A DNA stretch of 63,557 bases, the filler included, from Octopus bimaculoides (lineage: Eukaryota), in the NCBI RefSeq assembly GCF_001194135.2. It is 7 parts of 7 records of this genome, joined end to end, with 100 filler letters (N's around TTAATTAATTAA, not from the genome) between each part and the next. Parts side by side here need not be neighbours in the genome. Positions count along the whole stretch, not along the records: positions 48,772 to 62,363 come from NC_069008.1; positions 62,464 to 63,557 come from NW_026427503.1; 5 more parts are not named here. One strand, given 5' to 3'. A program made the translations under genes and the position numbers. Numbering within the stretch: position 1 is the first letter of the stretch; each line of letters begins with the position of its first letter. Of this stretch, positions 62,325 through 63,557 are shown piece after piece. A model generated the notes under the pieces. That model was not told the DNA's origin. It did no database searches and saw only the letters and a program-made list of their open reading frames with translations.

Positions 62325-62774
62325 ATAGGAAAAGTCCGAAGACATATTGGAATCATATTGTATNNNNNNNNNNNNNNNNNNNNNNNNNNNNNNNNNNNNN
62401 NNNNNNNTTAATTAATTAANNNNNNNNNNNNNNNNNNNNNNNNNNNNNNNNNNNNNNNNNNNNCACTTTATTTCACATTGCTCCAGTTCACTCAGCTGTA
62501 GAAATGAGTTGCGTCGTCACTGATGCGAAGCTGTATCGGCCTTTGCCTTTCCCGTGGATAACACTGGTGGCGTGGAGAAGGGATAACACTGGTGGCGTGT
62601 CTAGTTGACCATGGTCATTTTCCCGTTCATACTTTCCACGTCCCATTCACACACCCACACACACACATACATATGCACACATACATACATACATACATAC
62701 AAAAATACACGCGTACACAGACATATATTCTTACCAACGGAATGGTATGCTTTATCTATCTATCTATCTATCTA

Positions 62775-62813
<39 letters not shown>

Positions 62814-63516
62814 GTCTATATGTCTGTCTATCTATCTGCGTATATGTCCGTCTGTGAGTGTCTCTGACTCTCTAGTTGTATGTGTGTATATAAATAAATA
62901 AATAAATATATATATACATGCATGTAAGTATATTCGTACATATATACACAATATATACCCATCTAACAATCTGTACGCGCACACACACATACACACGCGC
63001 ACGTACGCACACTCAAACAAACACTCACACACACATATATACATATGTATATACACATGTACATGTCACTCTCTCACTCATTCTCAAAATCTCCCCGCTC
63101 TCTATCTGTATGTATGTGTGTATCTGAATGTTCATAACATACATGTATTTATTGAGTGCTGAGTGTAACACATTTTCAAGAAGTGTACAAAAAAAGAGCT
63201 CAATAAATAACCACGGCTGGAAGTTTGCAGCACCGACAATATGTCTGCCAGATAAAAATCTAAAATAAATAAATAAATGAAAAATACCTCGCAATGCAAA
63301 TATATGATTAAAATACCTAATTACTAGCCAGACTGTTTAGTTTCTAGACAACCATTTAAGACATTCATCATCCGTAGCTTTTTAGTGGAAAATGATTGTA
63401 GAGATAGCCGAAACACGACTAAATATAAATGACTGTGGTATTCCACGATCTAGTATATATCCACTAGATATCTATAATGTTATACAGAAAACATTTATAA
63501 AACATGTTATGTATAT

Positions 63517-63547
<31 letters not shown>

Positions 63548-63557
63548 TATATATATA

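Noticed and set aside
313-63294. Dozens of short ORFs rich in CV/YI/HT repeats or X runs
   Set aside because: They are translations of (CA)n, (TA)n and (TATG)n microsatellites or are open only because they span N gaps.

Overview
This is an AT-rich, gap-ridden animal genomic window. Its repeats (tRNA-headed SINEs, dense microsatellites, Tc1/mariner relics, an RTE LINE) resemble an octopus-type cephalopod genome; that assignment is inference, with no database search run. The only convincing protein-coding unit is a 5.2-kb uninterrupted minus-strand ORF (51415-56619, 1734 aa). It encodes a charged, probably helical N-terminus followed by about six tandem, divergent NHL-like beta-propeller modules of the kind found at the C-terminus of mollusc TRIM-like proteins, with no RING/B-box, signal peptide or TM segment visible. 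It sits in a locally CpG-depleted domain of about 11 kb. The most unusual non-coding structure is a set of three sequence-unrelated 230-310 bp palindromes (22827-23134, 30178-30409, 43050-43297). Each arm carries a minimal type I hammerhead ribozyme core, intact or degenerate, reading outward from the centre, and a solo relic core lies at 62290-62324. The rest is decayed transposons (an IR/DR Tc1 nested in further inverted repeats, a DD37D element, three mariners, MITEs), an RTE fragment, many SINEs and microsatellites. Almost all short ORFs in the track are microsatellite or N-gap artefacts. Six 100-bp N44-TTAATTAATTAA-N44 spacers mark assembly joins, so adjacency across them is uncertain.
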